DNA of 40,464 nt, from NCBI GenBank assembly GCA_050014375.1, contig JBEKDM010000003.1:1-40464 (forward strand), given 5' to 3'. Below, piece after piece: positions 9,939-19,804 of the stretch. Position 1 is the stretch's first letter. Each line of letters starts with the position of its first letter. The notes below the pieces were generated by a model. It was not told the DNA's origin. It did no database searches and saw nothing but the letters and a program-made list of their open reading frames with translations. Position numbers and translations under genes: made by a program. This stretch comes from Methanomassiliicoccales archaeon (GTDB taxonomy: Archaea > Thermoplasmatota > Thermoplasmata > Methanomassiliicoccales > UBA472).

Positions 9939-11633
9939 TCACGGGTGCGTATAGTATGCCTTGATCGTCGGGTTGACCGAGTCGATGCGAACGAACCCAA
10001 ACCGTTCGAACTGGACGACCTTATTGATCTCGAATTCGGGGATCTTTTCGGCGTAACCTTCTTTGGTGGTGCCATCCGGCATGTAGACCGTCGCTGGCGT
10101 CGAGGCGACGGGCACCCAGTGTATGATCCTGACCTTCTCTTTCAAGATCCCAAGGTCGTTGCCGATGTACTTGCCCGAGTTTGTGTCGGTCAGCTCGACG
10201 TTACCTAGGTCCTTGAGCCTTAGCTTGCCCCGCTCCTGCGCGTTAGCTAGGTCCTCGCTAACTACGAGAACTTCGATCGGGTCGCCCACCATAATATGCT
10301 TTCTCATTCCCTTCTCTGGGTGGTCCGGGTGCAGCGGGGCATGCGACTCGATCTTGTCCATGCCGGTTATCTTGAGCGAGGTCGGGTTCCACACGAAGAA
10401 GTAGCGGTCCGCCTCGTTCTGCACGATGTCCCGGTTGTAAGCGTACAAATTCTCCCAGGAGAACTCGATGTTGGCGTCCTTGATACCGCAGTCGACCCAG
10501 AACTGGCGGATAGCATTGGGCGAAATGCCTCTCTTCTCCATCGCGCGGACCGTGCCGAGACGGACGTCGTCCCAGCCGGAATATTCGCCGGTCTTGATGC
10601 CCTTGCCCACGGTCGACGTCTTCAGGATCGCTTCTGGTATGGAAACGAGGCCGTAATGATGGTACCATGGCATCTTCCAACCGAAATAATTGAAGATGTA
10701 CTCCTGGCGCAGGGTGTTGTTCAAATGATCGATACCGCGGATGACATGGGTCATGCCCAGGAAATGGTCATCGACGGCGACGGAGAAGTTCATGGCGGGG
10801 TAGACGCAGAACCTCATTCCGACGCGTGGATGCGCTTGCTTGACGATGCGCAGTCCGACGAAGTCCCTTACGGCCGGGTTCGGGTGCTTGAGATCTGTCT
10901 TAACGACAAGGATAGCCTTCTCCTCCTCGAAGTGGCCTGCCAGCATTTTTTCGAACATCTCAAGCTGCGTCTCTTTCGGCAGGTCACGGTGGGGGCAAGC
11001 CTTACCCTCCTCCTTCATCTTCCTCCAGTCGTCTGCCGGGCAGGTGCATATGTAAGCGGCGTTCTTCTCGATGAGCTGCCTGGCGATGTCATAATAGAGA
11101 TCGAACCGATCGGACTGGATGACTGTCTTGCTGACCTTCACCCCCATCCACTCCAGGTCCTCAGGGATCATCTTGTAAGCGTCCGGATCGATCTTCTCCG
11201 GGTTGGTGTCCTCCATCCGGTTGACGAATACGCCGTTGTACCGCTTGCAGTACTCATCATTGAGGATAGCGACCCTGGTGTGGCCTAGGTGCAGTGGTCC
11301 GGATGGACCGGGGGCGAAACGCATCACGACGTTTCCGTCCATAGCACCGGGCAGATCGGGAAGAACGTGGATACGCTCCACTTTCTCCTTCTTGTTGAGC
11401 ATCGATGAGTCGATCGTCTCCAGTTCCTTACGCTGGTCATCGACCTTCATGGCGTTGACCTGGCCTACGATGTCGGCGATAAGAGGCAATATCTCCACGA
11501 CCCTGGTCCTCATCTGGGGCTGCTCAGCCAGTACCTTCCCCTGAACGGCCTTGGGGTTGGCGGAGCCGTTGTGCTGGACGGCGTTCTGGAGGGCGTACTT
11601 CCGGATGACGAGCTCAAGGTTCTGGTCTGACAT
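9939..11633 (-). CDS. gltX: Glutamate--tRNA ligase, archaeal type
   Basis: RFAPGPSGPLHLGH, EDTNP, THVIRGIDH and QFERFGFVR. Archaeal N-terminus IRKYALQNA. Start placed at MSDQNL. Confidence 0.95.
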   Translation of the reverse strand: MSDQNLELVIRKYALQNAVQHNGSANPKAVQGKVLAEQPQMRTRVVEILPLIADIVGQVNAMKVDDQRKELETIDSSMLNKKEKVERIHVLPDLPGAMDGNVVMRFAPGPSGPLHLGHTRVAILNDEYCKRYNGVFVNRMEDTNPEKIDPDAYKMIPEDLEWMGVKVSKTVIQSDRFDLYYDIARQLIEKNAAYICTCPADDWRKMKEEGKACPHRDLPKETQLEMFEKMLAGHFEEEKAILVVKTDLKHPNPAVRDFVGLRIVKQAHPRVGMRFCVYPAMNFSVAVDDHFLGMTHVIRGIDHLNNTLRQEYIFNYFGWKMPWYHHYGLVSIPEAILKTSTVGKGIKTGEYSGWDDVRLGTVRAMEKRGISPNAIRQFWVDCGIKDANIEFSWENLYAYNRDIVQNEADRYFFVWNPTSLKITGMDKIESHAPLHPDHPEKGMRKHIMVGDPIEVLVVSEDLANAQERGKLRLKDLGNVELTDTNSGKYIGNDLGILKEKVRIIHWVPVASTPATVYMPDGTTKEGYAEKIPEFEINKVVQFERFGFVRIDSVNPTIKAYYTHP

Positions 11634-11879
11634 AACGTCCTGAGAATGAGGGATGGTCATATTCTATCTTTCGCTGGCACACTATCATATGGATCCATGA
11701 ATGGACCTTCCCGAATTCCTTAGTAAAATATCCCCCTAAAAAAATGATTCGCGAATTTGGAATTCTTCAGTCTAGATTAAATATCCATTTTGATGCTAAT
11801 TATGCAATCCTAGCTAACTTAAGGAATAAGAACGTGAACGTCGCCAAGGGAAAGAGATGTCGTCGTGGTGGTTGTTGAC

Positions 11880-12314
11880 ATGACGGGAACTAATAATCCA
11901 GATGAGAGAATATATGCGAACCCACCAGAACCTTTGATCATCAAAGTCTTTATCGGACTGGCGCTAATATTTGTTTTGTTCGGAATATTTTCTGCGGCAA
12001 ACGGTTCCTTAATAGGTCTCTTCATGTGCTTGGTGGCAGGAATAATTGTAGTTTTCATCATATGGCGAGAGTTCGTACACAATCCAATAGAGGTCTCATT
12101 TGGACCAAATGAGATGACCCTGCTGTTCAGGTACTCAAAGCCTTTACAGATGAAATACGACGATATTTTATGGTTGGCATTACCGTTCTCAGGTCGGATT
12201 GGGGGCATGAAGGTCAAGAAAAGGTCCTCATTCGAGATGAACCTAGCCATCTGTCTGGAATTAAAGAATCGCATGAACGACGAATCAAGAATGGCCCCAC
12301 CAGGTGGAATCTAG
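11880..12314 (+). CDS. Hypothetical membrane protein with two TM helices (AT-richer than neighbours)
   Basis: Open frame with two hydrophobic helices followed by a small soluble domain. Start is uncertain (11865 or 11880). Confidence 0.6.
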   Translation: MTGTNNPDERIYANPPEPLIIKVFIGLALIFVLFGIFSAANGSLIGLFMCLVAGIIVVFIIWREFVHNPIEVSFGPNEMTLLFRYSKPLQMKYDDILWLALPFSGRIGGMKVKKRSSFEMNLAICLELKNRMNDESRMAPPGGI

Positions 12315-12576
12315 AGAGATGGTATCTTCTCTATTGCTGACCATTATGTTTGAGGATTCTGATTCATATAATGTCGCCGGTTCAACGTCTCCACGGGTCA
12401 AATGTCTTTTTGCTGTAAGCTTCATAAACCCGGAACAGATACATCAACTGGGATGCACTGAAAGAGGCCTCGTAATAAGGTCTCTATTTCCATAATTCAA
12501 CGGAATCGTGAGCAAGAGAACTCAACGATTCCAATGAGTCGATGGCCAGGCATTTGAACGAGTCTGGCGGGAACAT

Positions 12577-14349
12577 ATGGCCAATAGCGAACTGCTGATC
12601 GAGATCGGAACGATACTGCTAGTCGCATTCATTGGGGCCATGATAGCCACCAAGGCGAAGCAGAGCGCCATCCTGGGCTACATCATCGCCGGTGTCCTGA
12701 TCGGCCCGTACATGTACATCGAGCTAGGTCCGTTTGTCTACAGCGGTGTTGTGCACGAGACCGGACTGATCGACCTGTTCTCCCAGCTTGGCCTTATCCT
12801 GCTCATCTTCTTTGTCGGCCTGGAGTTCTCCGTCGATAAGATCAAGAGGGTCAAGGGTCCGGCCGTGGTGCTTTCACTGATAGACGTCGGGCTCAACCTG
12901 TTCACCGGATTCCTCCTCGCCGCGTGGCTGGGATGGGGGCTGGTCGATTCGATATTCCTGGCCGCGGTCCTCTCGATGAGTTGTTCCGCCGTGGCCATGA
13001 AGACCCTGATCGAGCTCGGAAGGCTGGAGAAGCCGGAGACCGAGTTCATGTTGGGCATGATAATCCTTGAGGAATTCATCTCAATGCTGTTCCTGACACT
13101 GGTCGGCGGTTTGCTGATCAAAGGGGACGCCTCCTTCTCCCCGACGAGCATGATCATCGGGATGGTGGCATTCTTCGTGTTCTTCGCGATCATGGCCGCT
13201 GCCGTCATCCCCTTTGTCGTAAAGCGTCTGGACAAGATGAAGAGCGACGAGATGTTCGTTCTGTTTATGATCGGGATCATCGCCATGACGGCGGCGATAG
13301 CAGAATACTGCGGCGTACCTTCCCTGATCGGCGCGTTCTTCATAGGCATCACTTTCGCGGAGACCCGGGTCACTAAACGTCTGGATAGAAAGATAGCTCC
13401 ACTGCGCGATGCGTTCGTCGCTATCTTTTTCGTTTCGTTCGGGATGTTCATAGACCCTTCGATGTTCGGCTCAGTCTGGTCGATCATCATTATTGCGGTC
13501 GTGATCATTATCCTGGATGAGATCATCATTATGTCCATAGTGGCATACCTGGTGGGTTTCCCCAGAAGGGAGGCGGTCTCGATCGGGTCTTCCTTCAGTG
13601 CCCGGGGCGGCGAATCGGTGATGTATGCCACCGTCGGTAGTAAAGCTGCCACTGCGACCAAGGGAGCGGAGCTTTATCCGATAGCTGGAGCGATGACCTT
13701 TGTCATGTCGGTTCTCTGTCCGTTCTTCATCAAGAAGAGCTATATTATCGCGGACCGAGCGGCGATGAGGATGCCCAGGTACATTGCCTACGGGGGCTCG
13801 ATCTTCTCTCGCACCGTGGGAAAAATGATACTTCCGGGCGGTTTAAGATCCTTCAAGATGTCGAAGCACCTGCTCGTATCCCTCGCCCTCTATCTCGCAT
13901 CCATACTATCGATCCTATCCCTGACCGGTGTGCTCCGTCTGACCGCTTTCCTGATCTCCCTCGTGGCATGTTCGATAGCCTGGTTCGCTCTCCGCCCAGA
14001 GGTCGATAGGGTGGCCAGGAAGATCGACTATTCCAATCTCGGGACCATGTATGGAAATGCAAACAGGATTTCCCATTACATAGCCTCGGTGATAAGCCTA
14101 TCAATGATCATGTGCGTCACCGATGCGTTCGTCATGATCGTTTACTGGCCTTCGGTGTTCATCATTTCGATAGCCTATGTTTCCTGGTTCATCTACCTCA
14201 TGAAGATGGTCCACCATCATACCTGTGACGATTCGATGAAGATGCCCGAGCTCAGGGCCGTCCCGACGGGTGATGCGGCCAACCCCAGCAATCCCTTGTA
14301 TAAGCATCGGGAACGCTGGAAGGGATTCGAGGACGATGAACAGCATTGA
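12577..14349 (+). CDS. Cation:proton antiporter, CPA2 (KefB/KefC-like) family
   Basis: ILGYIIAGVLIGP, LGLILLIFFVGLEFS, IGAFFIG and PLRDAFVAIFFVSFG. Extra hydrophobic C-terminal region. Confidence 0.88.
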   Translation: MANSELLIEIGTILLVAFIGAMIATKAKQSAILGYIIAGVLIGPYMYIELGPFVYSGVVHETGLIDLFSQLGLILLIFFVGLEFSVDKIKRVKGPAVVLSLIDVGLNLFTGFLLAAWLGWGLVDSIFLAAVLSMSCSAVAMKTLIELGRLEKPETEFMLGMIILEEFISMLFLTLVGGLLIKGDASFSPTSMIIGMVAFFVFFAIMAAAVIPFVVKRLDKMKSDEMFVLFMIGIIAMTAAIAEYCGVPSLIGAFFIGITFAETRVTKRLDRKIAPLRDAFVAIFFVSFGMFIDPSMFGSVWSIIIIAVVIIILDEIIIMSIVAYLVGFPRREAVSIGSSFSARGGESVMYATVGSKAATATKGAELYPIAGAMTFVMSVLCPFFIKKSYIIADRAAMRMPRYIAYGGSIFSRTVGKMILPGGLRSFKMSKHLLVSLALYLASILSILSLTGVLRLTAFLISLVACSIAWFALRPEVDRVARKIDYSNLGTMYGNANRISHYIASVISLSMIMCVTDAFVMIVYWPSVFIISIAYVSWFIYLMKMVHHHTCDDSMKMPELRAVPTGDAANPSNPLYKHRERWKGFEDDEQH

Positions 14350-14456
14350 AGATTTTTCGTGGTAGTCGGCCGAGGCCAGCTTAAGGACGTTCCTTGATCT
14401 TCCTTGCCGTTCCCTGATTCGGAACAGGCCTCATACGATCACCTGACATTTTTTTC

Positions 14457-14611
14457 TCACAGTTCTTCTTCGAGCACCTGGATGGCACCGCTTATTTCGG
14501 ACAATATGTTCCTAGCTCCGTTTCCCTTATTTCCAGGTTCGCAAGCGTTTGCTGGCCGGTCGCGTATTAGGCTTTCAACGCATCCAGTCTGTCTTTCAAT
14601 TGTTCTTTCAT
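14457..14611 (-). pseudogene. Degraded small coiled-coil protein gene
   Basis: Reads MKEQLKDRLDALKA*YATGQQTLANLEIRETEL / RNILSEISGAIQVLEEEL, with an in-frame TAA at 14567-14569 and a 1-nt frameshift near 14512. Confidence 0.6.
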
Positions 14612-14731
14612 CAAGATCCTTAGTGCCAACATTTCGCATCGGCGTATTAGTTCCTGGTTGTCAGCTCAGGGATGAAGAACCCATCACGTGCCTTGCTATT
14701 GCTTATTAATCGGGAAAGGAATCACCCGTTC

Positions 14732-16000
14732 ATGTCAGTCAGGGGCCTCCTGAAAGGGATGAAGGACGTCATGCGGGTGGACGAGCTGGTCTCGCCCGAC
14801 CTGCAGTTGACAAGAACGCTCGTGGAGAACCAGAAGGTCCCGGTATTGTTCAACAATGTGAACGGCGGCAAGGTCGTGGGCAACCTCTGGAGCGACCGAT
14901 CACGCATCGCCTCTGCCCTCGGCATCACGAAGGAAGAACTACTCCCGAAGATGATTGAGTCGATCTCAAATCCGGTGAAACCGAAGGTCATCGACGATCC
15001 GGCGTTCCGTCAAGTGGAAATGGATAGGTTCGACCTACGCAAACTGCCGATCCCGAAGTTCTATCCCAAGGACGGAGGCCGTTACATCACCGCCGGTGTC
15101 GCCGTCTCCGAGTTCGAGGGGAAGAAGAACGTTTCATTCCACAGGCTTATGCTTCTAGACGATCACCGCTTCGGCATCAGGCTCGTTCCGCGTCATCTGT
15201 TTACGATGCACAAACTGAGTGCGGAGAAAGGCAAAGACCTGCCCGTCGCGTTCTGCGTAGGCGTATGCCCATCGGTGCTGCTCGCTGCAGCAACGTCGGC
15301 AGATTATGCCCTTGATGAGATGGAGATAGCTGCGTCGATGCGGAAGGCATGTGTCGGCGAGTCCGTCGCCGTTGCCCCGACCGACAAGGGGCTTATGGTT
15401 CCCGCCTACGCCGAGTACGTGTTCGAGGGCCGCCTCACCTTGGACAAGGTCGATGAAGGCCCGTTCGTGGACATCACGGGAACCTACGATGACGTCAGGA
15501 AACAACCAGTCTTCGCCGTTGACAAGATATACCACCAGAAGGACCCGATCTTGCATGTCGTCCTGCCCGGTGGATTGGAGCACTTCATGCTCATGGGGCT
15601 GCCTCGGGAACCGGTCATGTTCAAGACGGTGCGCCAGGTCGTGCCCCAGGTTCATGGGGTCAGATTGACCGAGGGAGGCTGTTGCTGGCTTCACGGTGTC
15701 GTTTCGATCACCAAGAACAAGGAGGGCGATGCCATGAACGCCGCCATGGCCGCTTTCACAGGTCATCCTTCTATGAAGAAGGTGACCATCGTCGACAGGG
15801 ACGTGGACATCTTCAACGACCAGGACGTGGAATGGGCCGAGGCGACCCGCTTCCAGGCATCCCGCGGATTGATGGTCGTGAACAACGCTGCCGGTTCATC
15901 TCTCGACCCGAGCGCGGACGGAACGACCTCCAAGATCGCGATCGACGCCACCAAGCCTATGGGCGTAACCAAAGGATTCGAAAAGGCAGAATTGCCTTGA
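14732..16000 (+). CDS. UbiD-family (prFMN-dependent) decarboxylase, possibly the anhydromevalonate phosphate decarboxylase of the archaeal mevalonate pathway
   Basis: DGGRYITAG, EGPFVDITGTY, VDRDVDIFN..VEWA.ATRFQ and GSSLDPS. Start placed at MSVRG, about 22 nt after ttattaat. Confidence 0.88.
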   Translation: MSVRGLLKGMKDVMRVDELVSPDLQLTRTLVENQKVPVLFNNVNGGKVVGNLWSDRSRIASALGITKEELLPKMIESISNPVKPKVIDDPAFRQVEMDRFDLRKLPIPKFYPKDGGRYITAGVAVSEFEGKKNVSFHRLMLLDDHRFGIRLVPRHLFTMHKLSAEKGKDLPVAFCVGVCPSVLLAAATSADYALDEMEIAASMRKACVGESVAVAPTDKGLMVPAYAEYVFEGRLTLDKVDEGPFVDITGTYDDVRKQPVFAVDKIYHQKDPILHVVLPGGLEHFMLMGLPREPVMFKTVRQVVPQVHGVRLTEGGCCWLHGVVSITKNKEGDAMNAAMAAFTGHPSMKKVTIVDRDVDIFNDQDVEWAEATRFQASRGLMVVNNAAGSSLDPSADGTTSKIAIDATKPMGVTKGFEKAELP

Positions 16001-16110
16001 GGTTACCATTACCCATTCTTCATTTTGAATTCCTGACCATTCTTTTAATATTCAGAATGTAACTCCTCTCGCCGGGAAGCGCTGGACAAGCGAATTGAGA
16101 AGGTGTCAGT

Positions 16111-17034
16111 TTGAGGATTAAACGGAAATTCGTGGCACTGATAGTTGTTGTGATGTTGGTGATCACTGCCTTGTTCGCATCGATGCTGTCCCAATATGCG
16201 CAAGGTGGCAGGATCGCCTATGTCGCAGTGAAGACGGACAAGGTCACCTACATCAATGGGGAGAACGTCACTTTCAAGTTAACGCCGCTGACCAGCGGGG
16301 TCTATTTCAGCACCTCCGGGCTCGATCCCAACTATTATTGGTACAATCCCGGCGCTAACCTCGGCACTGTCCACATCATACGGATCCCCGACGGCTACGA
16401 CCCTGACCAGGTCATTAATGACAAGAAGATGCTGGACAAGATCCAGTCCTGGGACGATCGAGACATGGCGGTCGGCTTCGATTACTTCAACAGCACCGAT
16501 GGAACGAAATCCCTAAGCTGGAACGGGACGGTCATGCAGAACAATTATGACGATCTTGGCCATGTGTCTGTCATTTACCGTAAGGCTCTGGGCGGATATT
16601 ACCTGATCTACCCTCAGTTCACGTCATTGGCCGGTCATCCGGTCAAGTTCCAGTTGGACCGGAATGCGATCTTTTACCTCGATGCCTTAAGGGTGACAAC
16701 TGTGCCGAGCATTGAAGGTACGACATTGACGTACAACATGACCGTCAGCGCGCCATCTTCGTTCACCGGTGATACTCATTGTGAGATGTCCTGGTCCGTC
16801 AACGGCAATACCGGTCAGGAAGGGAACGGCTCAGACACCAATCACGCTGCCTTCGATGTCGTTCCCGGGGGAAGCCGAAACATCAGTTTCCAGCAACAGG
16901 TTGCCGTCTATTCCGGCTACGAATCATTCCGCTTGGCCGGTTGGATCGATACTTCGCAAGGGAACTACACCTTCCAAAAGACCGATTGGCGGATCAACGG
17001 GAGGTGGTCCAATGATCAGCCCTATTACCTCTAG
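16111..17034 (+). CDS. Hypothetical secreted or membrane-anchored protein
   Basis: Basic N-terminus plus hydrophobic signal/anchor, then an N/T/Y-rich beta-type domain. TTG start after SD aaggtg. First gene of the ABC operon. Confidence 0.75.
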   Translation: MRIKRKFVALIVVVMLVITALFASMLSQYAQGGRIAYVAVKTDKVTYINGENVTFKLTPLTSGVYFSTSGLDPNYYWYNPGANLGTVHIIRIPDGYDPDQVINDKKMLDKIQSWDDRDMAVGFDYFNSTDGTKSLSWNGTVMQNNYDDLGHVSVIYRKALGGYYLIYPQFTSLAGHPVKFQLDRNAIFYLDALRVTTVPSIEGTTLTYNMTVSAPSSFTGDTHCEMSWSVNGNTGQEGNGSDTNHAAFDVVPGGSRNISFQQQVAVYSGYESFRLAGWIDTSQGNYTFQKTDWRINGRWSNDQPYYL

Positions 17035-17947
17035 TCTAGACGAAGAACCGGTCCTCACGGTCGACGGTATCTCCAAGACGTACGGGAACCGTTTCACGGC
17101 ACGCAACGTCCAGGCCTTGGACCATGCTTCGTTCCGGCTTGGTCGTAGAGAAATATGCGGTCTGGTCGGTCCGAACGGCGCTGGCAAGAGCACCCTGATC
17201 AAGATCATCATGGGCATCGAGAGGGGCAACGGAGGGAGCCTGAAGCTTGCCCCAGGGGATGGACGGCCTGACTTCGGATATGTACCGGAAAAACCGACAT
17301 TCTTCGAGGACCTTAGCGCATATTATAATCTCCTCTATTTCGCCAGACTTTACCGCATCCCGAACCCGGAACTGACCGTTCGCAAAAGCCTGAACATCTT
17401 CGGGCTGGATGAAAGGGGAGAAGACTTCGTCGGAGATTTCTCCAAAGGCATGAAACAGCGCCTCGCCATCACCCGGTCGATAATGCACCATCCCAGGGTC
17501 CTTCTGATGGATGAACCGTTCTCCGGCTTGGATCCCACCGCGATGATCGACATCAGGAGGTCATTGAAGGCGCTTAAAGAGCAGGACATTTCGATCCTCC
17601 TATCTTCGCATGAGCTCTATGAGATCGACCAGGTGTGCGACTCGATCATCTTCATCAAATCCGGTAAGATCATCGGCAAGGAGGGTTACCAGAGGAAAGG
17701 GAATCTGCTGAATGTACAGATCACGGTCGAGAACCCGAGCCAGGCGCTATTGGATGCGGTCTCCGGGAGAAGGGTGCTGAGCGTCTCCCCGGATGGAAAG
17801 GACATCCTGGTGGAGCTGGAGAGATCGCAGATCCCCGACATTGTGTCGTCGATGGTCTTCGCCGGAGGACGGATCGTCGAGACAAAGATCGTCCAGAGGA
17901 AGGCCGAGGACATGTACACGGAGATCATCATGGAGGGAGGGAGATGA
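17012..17947 (+). CDS. ABC transporter ATP-binding subunit (ABC-2 exporter type)
   Basis: Walker A GPNGAGKST, signature FSKGMKQR, Walker B LLMDEP and H-loop SSH. SD ggaggtgg before ATG 17012. Confidence 0.92.
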   Translation: MISPITSSLDEEPVLTVDGISKTYGNRFTARNVQALDHASFRLGRREICGLVGPNGAGKSTLIKIIMGIERGNGGSLKLAPGDGRPDFGYVPEKPTFFEDLSAYYNLLYFARLYRIPNPELTVRKSLNIFGLDERGEDFVGDFSKGMKQRLAITRSIMHHPRVLLMDEPFSGLDPTAMIDIRRSLKALKEQDISILLSSHELYEIDQVCDSIIFIKSGKIIGKEGYQRKGNLLNVQITVENPSQALLDAVSGRRVLSVSPDGKDILVELERSQIPDIVSSMVFAGGRIVETKIVQRKAEDMYTEIIMEGGR

Positions 17948-18867
17948 AGCAATTATTGATCCAGGTCCGAAAGGACCTGAAATTGCTCTCGACCGACGCG
18001 CGTTTCGTATTCCTCATCGTGGCACTGGCTGCCATCGCCTTCATCCTCGCGGTCCAGGCCTGTTCGTCCTATGTTATGGTCGCGAAGAACACAACGATCG
18101 TCACATCAGTTTCGCTCATCATGCTGCAGAAGGCCAACCTGGGTCAGTACTGGACGATGTTGATGGCGGTAGACTCGGCGATATTCATCGTGGCCGGCTC
18201 GCTGGCCATGGCTACCGAGAAGGACAGCGGCATGCTCCGATATGCCCTTACAACCGGATGCGACAAGAAGAGGTTCTTCGCCAGCAAGTTCCTGGTGCTC
18301 ATGATAATGGTCGCTATCGGCGTCGTTGTATCGCTGATCGCCTACCTCATTGCCTTCTCCATGATGGACATGCCGATATTGGGGGCGGACGCGCTCATCT
18401 CATCGATGCTCTTCCCGACAATAATGCTCCTGGTGTTCGCCGCCTTGGGATTGCTACTGTCCACGGTGTCGAGGAAGAAGGCGGTACCGATCATCCTGGC
18501 CATATTCCTATTCTTCCTGCTCACGATCACGTTCAATCTTAGTCTGAACATTGGGAGCAACGAAGCATACCGGGCGAATCCCAACATAACCGTCAATAAC
18601 GCCACCGAATACATCCCGACGCTGTTCAAGGTAATGGACCTGTCGAACCCGCTGATACTGACGCAAGGGACATATCTCAGCATGGGGGTCGCTCCGGAGG
18701 ATTTCGCCAGCACATACAATCCAGTCATGTACGATCTCTGGGGAGGTGTCGCAATCGGCATGGGCATGCTGTCGATATTCCTCGTGATCGGCTACATGGC
18801 TTTCAGAACCGAACGTCTGGACAAATCCGGTGACAATCGGGGGATGCTGGGGAGGATCCTGGGATAA
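17944..18867 (+). CDS. ABC-2 type permease subunit
   Basis: About 6 TM helices with motif EKDSGMLR...SKF. ATGA overlap with the ATPase gene. Confidence 0.88.
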   Translation: MKQLLIQVRKDLKLLSTDARFVFLIVALAAIAFILAVQACSSYVMVAKNTTIVTSVSLIMLQKANLGQYWTMLMAVDSAIFIVAGSLAMATEKDSGMLRYALTTGCDKKRFFASKFLVLMIMVAIGVVVSLIAYLIAFSMMDMPILGADALISSMLFPTIMLLVFAALGLLLSTVSRKKAVPIILAIFLFFLLTITFNLSLNIGSNEAYRANPNITVNNATEYIPTLFKVMDLSNPLILTQGTYLSMGVAPEDFASTYNPVMYDLWGGVAIGMGMLSIFLVIGYMAFRTERLDKSGDNRGMLGRILG

Positions 18868-18903
18868 TAACAGGAACTCCCCAACTAGCTTAGATCCGAC
18901 GAT

Positions 18904-19701
18904 CTAATCTAACTTGTTCTTTCTTAAGAATTCCAACAGCACCGGAGAATAGCGGTCCGGCGCGATCATGTGGCCACACCCATCCAGCAGGACCAACCTC
19001 GAGCCCGCGATCCTTGACGCCAGTTCTTCCCCGAACCGGTGCGGTACCATGATGTCCTCGTTGCCGTGGATCACCAGTGTCGGCACTTTTATTGCCGAGA
19101 TGCGCTCGTGACTGTCAAAGTTGTCCAGAGCCGCTTTCTGCCTGGCGAATCCGTCCACCAGGCACAGGTCTCTCTCTCTGGCCCCGCGTTTGTCGTTTTG
19201 GGCGACGTTCTCCCTTCCTCGAAACGCAGCGTTCGTCAGGCACCATGTCTGCATCATTGTCAGGAACGTCTCTATGCTGGCCCCTTCCCGGACGGTGTTG
19301 ATCATGGCGTCGATGCCAACACTGGAGCGTTCCGGTCTTCTCATGTACGTGGACATGAGTGTGAGCGTGGCGACCTGGTCTGGATGCCTCAGGGTCAGTT
19401 CCTGGGCGACGTTGCCGCCCATCGATGCCCCGAGAACATGAGATCTATTGATCCCAAGTCCGGCCAGCAGTCCGGAGGCGTCGTCAGCCAGGTCCTCCAT
19501 GGTGAACGGAAGTCCCGGGTGCTCGGTCCTACCGGCACCACGGTTGTCGATGGTTATGACCTCATATTCTCGGTCCAGCACGGGCAAGGCCTTCTTCCAG
19601 CTGGTCAGATCGCCGCATAACCCAGTGATGAGCAGGAGCGGCTCCCCCGACCCGTGCACCTCGTAATGCACTTTCGTGTCCCCAACGGCCATGTGCGGCA
19701 T
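18904..19701 (-). CDS. Alpha/beta hydrolase (PcaD/MenH-like)
   Basis: Nucleophile elbow GASMGG, DNRGAG, PTLVIHGNED and catalytic GH near the C-terminus. Confidence 0.88.
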   Translation of the reverse strand: MPHMAVGDTKVHYEVHGSGEPLLLITGLCGDLTSWKKALPVLDREYEVITIDNRGAGRTEHPGLPFTMEDLADDASGLLAGLGINRSHVLGASMGGNVAQELTLRHPDQVATLTLMSTYMRRPERSSVGIDAMINTVREGASIETFLTMMQTWCLTNAAFRGRENVAQNDKRGARERDLCLVDGFARQKAALDNFDSHERISAIKVPTLVIHGNEDIMVPHRFGEELASRIAGSRLVLLDGCGHMIAPDRYSPVLLEFLRKNKLD

Positions 19702-19804
19702 CAGAGACTCCTAGAAATGAGTAAAGGAGAAAAATGTTTGGATTCCACAACCGGTCCAGAGAACGGTCCGAACGATATATCTGATTCCTTTGGGAATCCG
19801 TTCA

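Noticed and set aside
9773-9964. Small hydrophobic ORF between feoB and gltX
   Set aside because: Overlaps the gltX 3' end, has no RBS or recognisable family, and is at best a decayed fragment.
5179-13661. Long antisense ORFs (5179-5913, 5601-6260, 10296-11288, 12738-13661)
   Set aside because: Shadow frames of strongly codon-biased real genes, with no motifs of their own.
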